From: Myxococcota bacterium
GTDB taxonomy: Bacteria > Myxococcota_A > UBA796 > SXON01
Assembly: GCA_040386535.1 (NCBI GenBank)
Contig: JAZKFH010000019.1
Location: 391,376-455,375 of the forward strand
Direction of reading: 5' to 3'
DNA: 64,000 bases
Under the pieces are notes generated by a model, which ran no database searches, was not told the DNA's origin, and worked only from the letters and a program-made list of their open reading frames with translations. Each line of letters opens with the position of its first letter. The stretch's first letter is position 1. Below, piece by piece: positions 1 to 10,121 of the stretch. Both the position numbers and the translations under genes were made by a program.

Positions 1-275
1 TAGCAGATCGCGCCCTCCCGCACGGCGCGGGTGAGGGGGCCGTCCCTCCATACGGTCTGCCCACCTTCGAGCAGGAACCGGCCGGTGAGGTCGGCGGCGG
101 CGAGGTCTTCCTGGCATGCGACGGTGATCAACGGCCGGCCCAGCTGTTCGGCCATGTAGCGGACGAAGCGGGTCTTCCCGCAGCCGGTGGGCCCCTTCAG
201 GAGGATGGGGAGCTTGCGCGCGGCGGCCACGCGGAACACCTCGACCTCGTTGCCGTGCGGTCGGTAGTAGATCAT
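1..275 (-). CDS. CbbQ/NirQ/NorQ-family AAA+ ATPase (runs off the window start)
   Basis: Not in the ORF track; translated by hand from ATG at 275: [104 protein letters not shown] (Walker A) and [11 protein letters not shown] are typical of the family. Confidence 0.9.
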   Translation of the reverse strand, partial: MIYYRPHGNEVEVFRVAAARKLPILLKGPTGCGKTRFVRYMAEQLGRPLITVACQEDLAAADLTGRFLLEGGQTVWRDGPLTRAVREGAIC

Positions 276-284
276 CCGGGCAGG

Positions 285-1652
285 TTACCGCGAACCGGGG
301 CGGAGCGCCGCTCCCTCGGGGCCGGGATCCTTCGGGGTATTTCCCTCGGGATGGCCCTTGGCCCCGCTCCCGGTGCTCGCCCCCGGCAACGACCGTGCCC
401 AGTGCTCTGAGAGGGTGAGCTCCAGGGGCTCGGTGAAGCGCGGGTACACCGGGTGGGTGCGGATCGAGACCGCCCACGCGACCGCGAAGAGCGCCCCGAG
501 CATCGCGACGACCCTCCGGCTCGGCTTCGCGTCCGCGAGCACCCGGGCCGCGACCACGAGAAGCGATAGCCACGTGACGTGGAAGAAGGTCTCCGGCTTG
601 GCGATGCGCCAGAAGCCGGGGACCACCTCAAAAAGCAGGAGGTACAGCGGGTTGTGGACAGGGCCGAGCGCGAGGACGAAGAAGAGGAGGGCGACACCGC
701 CGATCCAGAGGTTCTTCCGGCGGGAGAGGCCGACGGCGGCGAACCCGAGCGCCACGACGTTGAGCGCACGCCACGCTTCGAGGCGGTTCCACTTCGGGGG
801 CCAGAGCTCGAACGTGTCGAGCGCGGCGCGCTGGGTGAGGAACGTCTCCGCGTCGCCGAGCGCGCCGTCCCCCCGCATGGCAAACAGCTGAAGCGCCACG
901 AGGGGCAGGGCCGCCAACGCGCTCGCCCCCACGGCCAGGGTGACGTCGCGCTTGCGGGCGAACAGGGCCAGCGCCCCGATGCCGGCGCACAACACGCCCA
1001 GGTAGAAGTTGTAGAACAGCGTCGCGACGTAGATCAGCGCCGCGATCCCCACCCAACGCCCGCCCAGTCGATACGCCTTGACCAGCGCCCATGCGTACAG
1101 TGGAACCCAGTATACGCCTGACTTTTCAATCGTATACCAGTTGATGTCTCGAAACAGGTGGAGGCCCATCCCGAAGGGGAAGGCGAGCACCAGGCTGACC
1201 TCCCGGTCACCGGAGAGCTCGTCGAGCAGCAGCCAGGCGCAGTACCAGCCGAGCACGAGGTTGAGGAAGGCCTGGAGGTTGAACGCGGCCGTGGCGGGCA
1301 CGAACGTGTCGAACAGCGCGGTGATCCAGAGGTGCCCGACGTGCACGCCGATGAGGCGGATGGCGGGATCGGCGGGGTCCCAGAACCGCCACATCACCCC
1401 ATCGAGGTAGAACAGGAGGCTCCCCGCCTTGTCGATCGTCGGAAACTGGCCCCAGACGTACGTGGTCGCGTAGGCCGCGAAGGGCGTGGTCAGCGCGAGG
1501 GTGGCGCCCACGATGAAGAGGAAGGGGCGCTTCGTGCCCGCGGCCCACGCCAGGATCGCGCCGATCGCGAAGCAGGCCAGCCACGCGAGGGGCTCGGAAT
1601 AGACCCCGGTCGGGGCGTAGAGTTGGCGGGGGTCGGGGGGCGGACCATACAT
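285..1652 (-). CDS. Polytopic membrane protein, possibly GT-C-like glycosyltransferase
   Basis: C-terminal part of ORF 285..2837 from MYGPPPDP (ATG 1652); about 10-12 hydrophobic segments. Function inferred from topology only. Confidence 0.6.
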   Translation of the reverse strand: MYGPPPDPRQLYAPTGVYSEPLAWLACFAIGAILAWAAGTKRPFLFIVGATLALTTPFAAYATTYVWGQFPTIDKAGSLLFYLDGVMWRFWDPADPAIRLIGVHVGHLWITALFDTFVPATAAFNLQAFLNLVLGWYCAWLLLDELSGDREVSLVLAFPFGMGLHLFRDINWYTIEKSGVYWVPLYAWALVKAYRLGGRWVGIAALIYVATLFYNFYLGVLCAGIGALALFARKRDVTLAVGASALAALPLVALQLFAMRGDGALGDAETFLTQRAALDTFELWPPKWNRLEAWRALNVVALGFAAVGLSRRKNLWIGGVALLFFVLALGPVHNPLYLLLFEVVPGFWRIAKPETFFHVTWLSLLVVAARVLADAKPSRRVVAMLGALFAVAWAVSIRTHPVYPRFTEPLELTLSEHWARSLPGASTGSGAKGHPEGNTPKDPGPEGAALRPGSR

Positions 1653-1740
1653 CGCGCCGGAACGTAGCCATCTCTTGGGGGGGCCGGGGAGGCGGCGGGC
1701 TCGAACGTTGCTGTGGGCGTCCTCTTGGCACTCTCCGTGG

Positions 1741-1850
1741 GGGCCGGGGCGCCGGCGGGCGAGAACCGCGCGGCGGGGGCCCACCCCCGGTACCCCAGAG
1801 GGGCCCCCCCCGGGGGTACCCACCGCGCACGCCCGCCGGCACCCCGGCCC
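1741..1850. repeat. Nested-hairpin intergenic element, copy A (divergent)
   Basis: 21-bp inverted arms 1741-1761/1830-1850 (1 mismatch) enclosing GAGAACC...GGGGCCC...CCCCAGAGGGGCCCC, a core shared with copies at 8124 and 27891. Confidence 0.75.
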
Positions 1851-1970
1851 GGCAGTTGAGGGCTTCGGGCGCTGGACGCTTGGTGGAGAGCCCGCCACCT
1901 CCCCGGCCCAAGCCCCTGGACGGCTACGTGGCGCTCCGACAACGGAGTGGGGGCGGTTAGACCCGCCGCC

Positions 1971-3035
1971 ATGGACAGCCCCGCTCTGCTCGCCTGGTAC
2001 CGCGCTCACCACCGCTCGATGCCGTGGCGGGATGTCGTGAGTCCGTACCGCACGTTGGTGTCGGAGATCATGTTGCAGCAGACACGGGTGGAGACCGTGA
2101 TCCCGTACTTCGAGCGGTTCATGACGGAGTTCCCGACCGTGGAAGCGCTGGCGGAGGCGCCGTTGGAGCGGGTGCTGGAGCGGTGGAGTGGGTTGGGGTA
2201 CTACTCGCGGGCGCGGAACCTGCACGGCGCGGCGCGCGCCGTGGCCGCGGCGGGGGGATTTCCGAAGGATGCCGAGGGCTTGCGCGCACTTCCCGGAGTC
2301 GGGCCGTACACCGCCGGGGCGGTCGCGTCGATCGCGCTCGGGCTCGACGAGGCGCTGGTGGACGGGAACGTCGAGCGGGTCATCTGTCGGCAGATGGCGT
2401 GGGCCGAGGACCCGAAGCGCATCAAGGCGCGCCTCTGGGACAAGGCGCGCGAGTGGCTGCCGAAGGGGCACGCGGGCGACTTCAACCAGGCATTGATGGA
2501 GCTGGGCGCAACCATCTGTACTCCCTCGTCTCCCTCGTGCCTCATCTGCCCCGTCCGCGTGGGTTGCGCGGGAGTCGACGCACCCGAGCGTTACCCCGCG
2601 AAGGAGAAGAAGGCCGCCGTGCCGGAAGCGGTGGCCGTGGCCGCGCTCCTCCGCGCCGAGGGCCGGATCCTCCTCGCGCGGCGGCCGCCCACAGGGCTCC
2701 TCGCCGGCCTGTGGGAGCTGCCCGGCGCCGTCGGCACTGACCTCGGCGCGGCCCTCTCGGAGCGCCTGGGCCTCTCCCTGCTCGATGCCACCTCGCTCGG
2801 AACGGTCACGCACGTCTTCTCGCACCTCCGGCTCCACACCACCGTGTTCGAGGCGCGCGCGGACGGCGTCCCCGTGGCGGGTGGGGGGTATCAGGATGTG
2901 CGGTGGGTGCCGGCCGGCGAGGTAGACGGGATGGCCCTGTCTACGTTGACGCGGCGGACGCTACGGTTGGGATCCGCGCCAGCAGCCACGCCTCGCACGC
3001 CAGCAGCGAAGCGTCGTCCCGCCCCTCCATCGTGA
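1971..3035 (+). CDS. mutY: A/G-specific adenine glycosylase MutY
   Basis: VSEIMLQQTRV, GLGYYSRARNLH, HhH LPGVGPYTAGA, VDGNVERV, [4Fe-4S] motif CTPSSPSCLICPVRVGC, C-terminal NUDIX-like GLLAGLWELP...HVFSH. Confidence 0.95.
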   Translation: MDSPALLAWYRAHHRSMPWRDVVSPYRTLVSEIMLQQTRVETVIPYFERFMTEFPTVEALAEAPLERVLERWSGLGYYSRARNLHGAARAVAAAGGFPKDAEGLRALPGVGPYTAGAVASIALGLDEALVDGNVERVICRQMAWAEDPKRIKARLWDKAREWLPKGHAGDFNQALMELGATICTPSSPSCLICPVRVGCAGVDAPERYPAKEKKAAVPEAVAVAALLRAEGRILLARRPPTGLLAGLWELPGAVGTDLGAALSERLGLSLLDATSLGTVTHVFSHLRLHTTVFEARADGVPVAGGGYQDVRWVPAGEVDGMALSTLTRRTLRLGSAPAATPRTPAAKRRPAPPS

Positions 3036-3663
3036 CGATCACGGTGTGCGGCGTCACCTCGAAGCGCGGGTAGCTGCCGATCGCCACCGAGGGCCATCGC
3101 TCCGAGGCCTGGGTCAGCGCGTCCGCGATCTCCGGCTCACCGAGCTCCGTCACCAGCCGTCGGCACGAAACGGGGACCCCGGCGAACCGGTGCGCGACCG
3201 CCTCGAACTTCATGCGGAACAGCGAGGGCACACCTGGGAAGATCGCGACGTTCCGCATCACAACGAGCGGGTACACCACGTTGCCGTCCCACCAGAGCTC
3301 CGCGCCCGCCGGCACCTCGGCCATCCGGTAGGCGGCGAGGTTGGGGGCGCGGCCGCGCGACTCGAGGAGCTGGGCGAGCACCGGGTGGCGCTCGAGGGGG
3401 CGGTCGAAGGCCGCGCTGATGGCGGGGAAGGTGAGATCGTCATGGGTGGGGCCCACGCCGCCGCTGGTGAACACGTGGTCGAACGCCAAGGACGCCGAGC
3501 GCACCTCCGCGGCGATGGTCTCGATCACGTCGGGGAGCACCACGATGCGCCCGAGGTCGACCCCGAGCTCGCGGAGGCGGCGGATGAGGTAGGGCCCGTT
3601 CTCGTCGGCGAACTTTCCGCTGAGGATCTCGTTGCCGATGATGATGACGGCGGCGCTTGGCAT
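2941..3663 (-). CDS. CinA-like / MoCF_biosynth (molybdopterin-binding) domain protein
   Basis: IIIGNEILSG, DENGPY, TSGGVGPTHDDLT, FPGVP, IGSYP motifs; start taken at ATG 3663. Confidence 0.85.
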   Translation of the reverse strand: MPSAAVIIIGNEILSGKFADENGPYLIRRLRELGVDLGRIVVLPDVIETIAAEVRSASLAFDHVFTSGGVGPTHDDLTFPAISAAFDRPLERHPVLAQLLESRGRAPNLAAYRMAEVPAGAELWWDGNVVYPLVVMRNVAIFPGVPSLFRMKFEAVAHRFAGVPVSCRRLVTELGEPEIADALTQASERWPSVAIGSYPRFEVTPHTVIVTMEGRDDASLLACEAWLLARIPTVASAAST

Positions 3664-3764
3664 CCAGGTCAGAGCTAAGCGCCTGCTGCTGGCTGCGCCA
3701 GTCCACGCCAGTCCGCGCCGACAGGCGTGGATGCGGCTACCTTGTCGGGGTGTCGCCATCGTCG

Positions 3765-5231
3765 ATGGACCTTCCTCCCCCGCCCACGGAGCCGCCGGAC
3801 CCTCCCGGAGGGCCTCCGTCCGATCCGCCGGGTCAAGCCCGCGGCGCCTCCGCGCTCCAGCTGACGCTGCGCGTGGGGGACCGCCCGATCGGCACCCGTG
3901 TCGCCGCGCGTGACGGAGAGCTCGTGCCGGAGGCGCCCATCGCGATGCAGGTGCGTCGCTCGGGGAGCGGTTGGGAGCTCACCGGGCCCGACGGTACGCG
4001 TCGGATCGGCCCGCGCGAGACCGTCTCGCTGCGCCAGGGGGACCTCGAGGTCGAGGTCGCGCCCGTGCGCCAGCTCCGTTTCGCCCGCTTCCACTGGGAC
4101 CAGGGTGACGTGGTGCTGCCCGTCATCATGGTGGCGACCATGGTGTTCCTGCTCCAGCTCGGGTTCCTGCTGAGCTTCTTCGGGCAGCCCCCGGCTGCGG
4201 GCGGCTACGAGCCCACGCCCGAGTACATCGCGCGCCTGTTGGGCGAGCAGTTCGACGGGAAGGAGCGTGGCGTCATGGCGCGGCGCGCGCCCCGATCGGG
4301 AGAGGGCGAGCCCATCGAGGGCTACTTCCTCCAGTCCGGTCACAAGGGCGAGCTCGACCACATCGGCGGCGGCGCGAACGTCGGCGAGCGGGTCAAGGAT
4401 GGCTACGCCGACGGGCAGGACGTGCAGCCGGAGGCCACCGTCGCGCCCGAAGCGGGCACGGAAGTGGTGCCGACGCTCGTGGCGGAGGAGGATGTCGAGG
4501 CCGAGGAAGAGGCCGACGACGAGGAGCTGGAGGACAAGCCGATCGCCGTGCACGTCGACGAGGGGTGGGGCCTCACCGACTGGTACGACACGAAGGACGC
4601 GCGGGAGGACGCGAAGGAGATCCAGGAGCAGCTCGAGGCTGTCCACGATCTCCTCCGCTTGAACCCCGACGATCCCGCGGGCCTCGCTTACCGCGCGTAC
4701 TACGAGTACCTCGCCTTCGACATGGCCGCGGCCCGCAAGACCTACGACAAGTACACCCGGCTCTATCCGGAGGACGCCGCCGGCTGGAACAACCTCGCGC
4801 TCGTGTACAAGCGGGAGGGCGAGTACCAGAAGGAGGAGGAGCTCTACCGCATCGCGCTCTCCCTCTCCCCGGAGGACGATCACGCGCTGAACAACCTCGC
4901 CGTGTGCCTCGCGCACCAGGGGCGCTTCGACGAGGCGCTCGTGATCATGGAGAAGCTCGAGACGATCATCCCCGAGGACGCCTACGCGGATCTCCACCGC
5001 GCCAAGATCTACGCTGCGATGGGCAAGGAGGACCGCGCCTACCGCTTCCTCCAGAAGTCGCTGGCCGGCATGCGCAAGCTCGATACGCTCCACAACATCG
5101 AGTTCCGGCAGGACATCCGCGTGGATCCGGCCTTCGAGGAGATGCGGAAGCAGGATCGCTTCGGCAACATGCTCGAGCGCTACTACGGCGAACAGGTGGA
5201 GGGCTGGTGGAAAAAGAAGAAGGGGCGCTGA
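3765..5231 (+). CDS. Single-pass membrane TPR protein
   Basis: N-terminal beta-rich domain, one TM helix (VVLPVIMVATMVFLLQLGFLLSFF), acidic linker, TPRs (AGWNNLALVYKREGEY, ALNNLAVCLAHQGRF). Confidence 0.75.
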   Translation: MDLPPPPTEPPDPPGGPPSDPPGQARGASALQLTLRVGDRPIGTRVAARDGELVPEAPIAMQVRRSGSGWELTGPDGTRRIGPRETVSLRQGDLEVEVAPVRQLRFARFHWDQGDVVLPVIMVATMVFLLQLGFLLSFFGQPPAAGGYEPTPEYIARLLGEQFDGKERGVMARRAPRSGEGEPIEGYFLQSGHKGELDHIGGGANVGERVKDGYADGQDVQPEATVAPEAGTEVVPTLVAEEDVEAEEEADDEELEDKPIAVHVDEGWGLTDWYDTKDAREDAKEIQEQLEAVHDLLRLNPDDPAGLAYRAYYEYLAFDMAAARKTYDKYTRLYPEDAAGWNNLALVYKREGEYQKEEELYRIALSLSPEDDHALNNLAVCLAHQGRFDEALVIMEKLETIIPEDAYADLHRAKIYAAMGKEDRAYRFLQKSLAGMRKLDTLHNIEFRQDIRVDPAFEEMRKQDRFGNMLERYYGEQVEGWWKKKKGR

Positions 5232-5713
5232 CCCCGCGCATCGCGGTCTACGCGGGCAGCTTCGACCCCGTCACCCACGGCCATCTCGACGTGATCCGTC
5301 GCGGCACCAAGCTGTTCGACGTGGTGATCGTGGCCATCGGCCACAACGTCCGGAAGCAGCGAACGATGTCCCTCTCCGTACGCGAGCAGGTGTTGGCAGA
5401 GGTGACAGCCGACATCCCGGGGGTGCGGGTCGCAGTGTTCGAGGGGCTTCTGGTCGACTACTGCCGGCGGGTCGGCGCGGGGGCGATCCTGCGCGGGCTG
5501 CGTGCGGTCACGGACTTCGAGTTCGAGTTCCAGACCGGCCTCGCGAACATGGACATGGCGCCCGACATCGAGACCGTCTTTTTGCTCACCGACCCACAAA
5601 ACATCTTCGTGTCGAGCTCCCTCGTGAAGGAGATCGCCTCGAACGGGGGAGATGTCTCCCGCTACCTGCCCGAAGCGGCGTTGGTCGCGCTCCAGGCGGC
5701 GTTGCCGCGGTAG
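5207..5713 (+). CDS. coaD: Phosphopantetheine adenylyltransferase
   Basis: IAVYAGSFDPVTHGHLDVI, ILRGLRAVTDFEFE, VSSSLVKEIA. Start uncertain: GTG 5207, or CTG 5228 overlapping the upstream TGA. Confidence 0.95.
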   Translation: MEKEEGALTPRIAVYAGSFDPVTHGHLDVIRRGTKLFDVVIVAIGHNVRKQRTMSLSVREQVLAEVTADIPGVRVAVFEGLLVDYCRRVGAGAILRGLRAVTDFEFEFQTGLANMDMAPDIETVFLLTDPQNIFVSSSLVKEIASNGGDVSRYLPEAALVALQAALPR

Positions 5714-5745
5714 TCCGAGCGGGGGCGCCGGCGTACGTGGCGGGA

Positions 5746-6270
5746 ATGGATCCCGCGCGCACCCTCCTGGACCGTGAGCTGCTCCTCTCCGGCATCGTCC
5801 ACGAGCTGCGAGGGCCGATCACGGCCGTCCACGGCTTCATGGAGCTCGACGACAAGACGCCCCGACCCGGGCTCGCGTCCGCCGTCGAGCGGATGACATC
5901 GCTGGTGTCGACCCTGTCCGACACGTCCATCTCCCCGCCCGAGGTCGTGAGCTACCGCGGTTCGTCGGTGCTCGTGAAGGGGCCGATCCAGGTGCTGGAG
6001 CTCGCGATCGCGTCGTTGCCGCACAGCGCCGTCACCGTCGAGCTGACCCCGGAGCACGTCGTCATCCAGATCACCGGCGTGCCCGCCACGGAGGTCGCGG
6101 CCGGCTGGTCGATGGCCCAGGTGCGGCGCTGGCTCGCCGACGGTGGCCCGGGGCTTGCAGGAGCGCGTTTGCGCATCGCGGCCCGGATCGTCGGCGCCCT
6201 TCGTTACTCGTTCCCGCTCACGGCGGGAGAGTCGCAAGGTGTCGTCCACATCCACCTCGCCCGCGGTTAG
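5746..6270 (+). CDS. Small HisKA-like protein with degenerate ATPase domain
   Basis: H-box-like GIVHELRGPITAVHGF; no clear N or G1 box; weak G2-like GPGLAG; no sensor domain. Confidence 0.55.
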   Translation: MDPARTLLDRELLLSGIVHELRGPITAVHGFMELDDKTPRPGLASAVERMTSLVSTLSDTSISPPEVVSYRGSSVLVKGPIQVLELAIASLPHSAVTVELTPEHVVIQITGVPATEVAAGWSMAQVRRWLADGGPGLAGARLRIAARIVGALRYSFPLTAGESQGVVHIHLARG

Positions 6271-6280
6271 GAGCGCCCGC

Positions 6281-8104
<1,824 letters not shown>

Positions 8105-8123
8105 TCGTCGTCAGCGTCGTGCT

Positions 8124-8232
8124 CGTGGCCATCGGGCATGGCGCCGAGAACCCGTCCCGGGGCCCCCGGCGGTTCCCCCCAGAGGGGCCCCACCGCCGGA
8201 CCCGGGCCGACGGCGCCATCCCCATGGCCACG
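8124..8232. repeat. Nested-hairpin intergenic element, copy B
   Basis: Arms CGTGGCCATCGGGCATGGCGCCG (8124-8146) and CGGCGCCATCCCCATGGCCACG (8211-8232) enclose a core nearly identical to copy C. Confidence 0.85.
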
Positions 8233-8336
8233 GGGTGGCGGCGTTGCAGGTGCCGACACAAAGCAGAAGAAGGAACGCTCTTCCCGAAGTTGCGGCCGAT
8301 CAAGGTCAGAACAGGACCATACCGGAAGGACCGACC

Positions 8337-9452
8337 CTACAGCTCCGCCCCATAAATCCGGTACGTCTTGTACACCCGCGCCCCGAGCTTCTCGAGGGCG
8401 CCGCGCATGCGGGTGTTGTCTTCGAGGATCCAGCTGGCTTCGGCGCCGCGGACCTTGTTTTCGACGCCGGTGTCCCAGGTGCGCTTGTACAGGGGGGCGC
8501 CGAGGGCGAGGTGTTGGAAGTCCTTGTGGATGCCCAGGGTGAAGATGCGGATCTGGTCCACCTTGGACTTGCGGGTCAGGTAGTACCACCAGCCGAAAGG
8601 GAAGATGCGGCCGTTCATCGGCTTGGCGATCTGGTTGTAGTCGGGCAATGTGATCGAAAAAGCGGCGGGGCGCCCTTCGATCTCCGCCATGTAGCAGTAG
8701 CGCGGGTCGAGCATGTCCTTGATGTTCTTGGCCATGTACAAGAACTCTTCGTCGCTCATGCGGACAAAGCCCCAGTTGTCCTCCCACGCCGAGTTGTAGA
8801 TCGACAGGACCCGCGCAACTTCGCCGTCGAAGTCCTTCACGTTGAGGGGGCGGATCTTGACCTCGGGGTGGCGCTGCATGAAGCGGTCGGCGAGCGCGGC
8901 GATACGCGGCGGGCAGGGCCCGTCGTTGTCCATCCAGTAGGCGAGCATGTCCTTGGTCTTGGACAGGCCGATCCGCTCGTAGATGGGCGGGTAGTAGGGC
9001 TTGTTCCACGTCATCAGGACGAGCGGATCGCTGTCGAACGGATCGACCAGGACGCCGCACTCGTGGTTCGTGTTGAAGTTGAAGGGCCCCATCGTGCGGG
9101 TCATCCCCTGGCCGCGCAGCCAGTCGAGCGCGGCATCGAGTAGCCCGCGCGCCACGGCCTCGTCCTCCACGAACTCGAAGAAGCCGAAGAAGCCGACGTT
9201 TGGTTCGACCTTCTGATACGCGTGGTCCACTTGGGCCGAGATGGTGCCGACCGCCTCGCCGTCACGATAGGCGATGAAACACTGCACGATCCCGAACTTG
9301 AAGTAGGGGTTCTTGGCCGGATCGAGGAAGTGGCGGCGCTCGAAGCGCAGCGGCGGAACCCAATGGGGGTCGCCCTTGTAGACCTTCCACCACACGTCCA
9401 TGAACGCGTTGGCGTCCTGCGGGAGGCGGATGGGGCGGACCTCGATCGACAT
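8337..9452 (-). CDS. Two-domain GNAT N-acyltransferase (YghO-like; candidate bacterial ceramide synthase)
   Basis: [22 protein letters not shown]...[29 protein letters not shown]...YKTYRIY motifs, recognised from memory as this family. Confidence 0.75.
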   Translation of the reverse strand: MSIEVRPIRLPQDANAFMDVWWKVYKGDPHWVPPLRFERRHFLDPAKNPYFKFGIVQCFIAYRDGEAVGTISAQVDHAYQKVEPNVGFFGFFEFVEDEAVARGLLDAALDWLRGQGMTRTMGPFNFNTNHECGVLVDPFDSDPLVLMTWNKPYYPPIYERIGLSKTKDMLAYWMDNDGPCPPRIAALADRFMQRHPEVKIRPLNVKDFDGEVARVLSIYNSAWEDNWGFVRMSDEEFLYMAKNIKDMLDPRYCYMAEIEGRPAAFSITLPDYNQIAKPMNGRIFPFGWWYYLTRKSKVDQIRIFTLGIHKDFQHLALGAPLYKRTWDTGVENKVRGAEASWILEDNTRMRGALEKLGARVYKTYRIYGAEL

Positions 9453-9513
9453 GGTGGCCTCCGAACGGGGCGCAGCCTACGCCGTTCGTAGCGCGTGTGC
9501 TACAGGCGCCACC

Positions 9514-10116
9514 ATGACGCCCTACCTCCCGCACCGCCCCCACCCCTGGCATGGCCTCCCGCTGCTGGCCGGCCCGCCGGGCCTGTACCACGCCTACATC
9601 GAGATCACCCCGTTCGACAAGGTGAAGTACGAGGTGGACAAGGCGACCGGGTATCTGAAGGTCGATCGGCCCCAACGCACCGCCTCGTTGCCGCCGACGC
9701 TCTACGGTTTCCTCCCACGGACGTTGTGCGCCGCGCACGTCGCCGCGCTTTGCCCCACCGCGTCGCGGGGCGACGGCGATCCGCTCGACATCTGCGTCGT
9801 GAGCGAGCGCCCCATCGATCGGGCCGACATCCTCCTGCGCGTGCACATCGTCGGCGGCCTGCGCATGGTCGACGCGGGCGAGGCGGACGACAAGATCATC
9901 GCGGTCCTCGACCAGGACCCGGTGTGGGGCGACGTTCGGGAGCTCACCCAGCTCCCGAACGGCATCGTCGAGCGCCTCCGCCACTACTTCATGACGTACA
10001 AGATCACGCCGGGCGGGCAGCCGGTCGAGATCGACGCGGTGTACGACGCGGCGCACGCCCTCACGGTGATCGCGGCGTCGGTCGCGGACTACGACGAGGC
10101 GTTCCCGGCGGCGTAG
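9514..10116 (+). CDS. ppa: Family I inorganic pyrophosphatase
   Basis: [43 protein letters not shown]. Confidence 0.92.
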   Translation: MTPYLPHRPHPWHGLPLLAGPPGLYHAYIEITPFDKVKYEVDKATGYLKVDRPQRTASLPPTLYGFLPRTLCAAHVAALCPTASRGDGDPLDICVVSERPIDRADILLRVHIVGGLRMVDAGEADDKIIAVLDQDPVWGDVRELTQLPNGIVERLRHYFMTYKITPGGQPVEIDAVYDAAHALTVIAASVADYDEAFPAA

Positions 10117-10121
10117 GGCCG

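Noticed and set aside
1653..2837. N-terminal extension making the membrane protein 850 aa
   Set aside because: It is antisense to mutY and runs through the repeat element; the hydrophobic protein begins at ATG 1652.
2941..3035. Functional significance of the 95-bp convergent overlap of mutY and the cinA-like gene
   Set aside because: The mutY tail in the overlap is low-complexity, consistent with simple stop-codon drift in GC-rich DNA.
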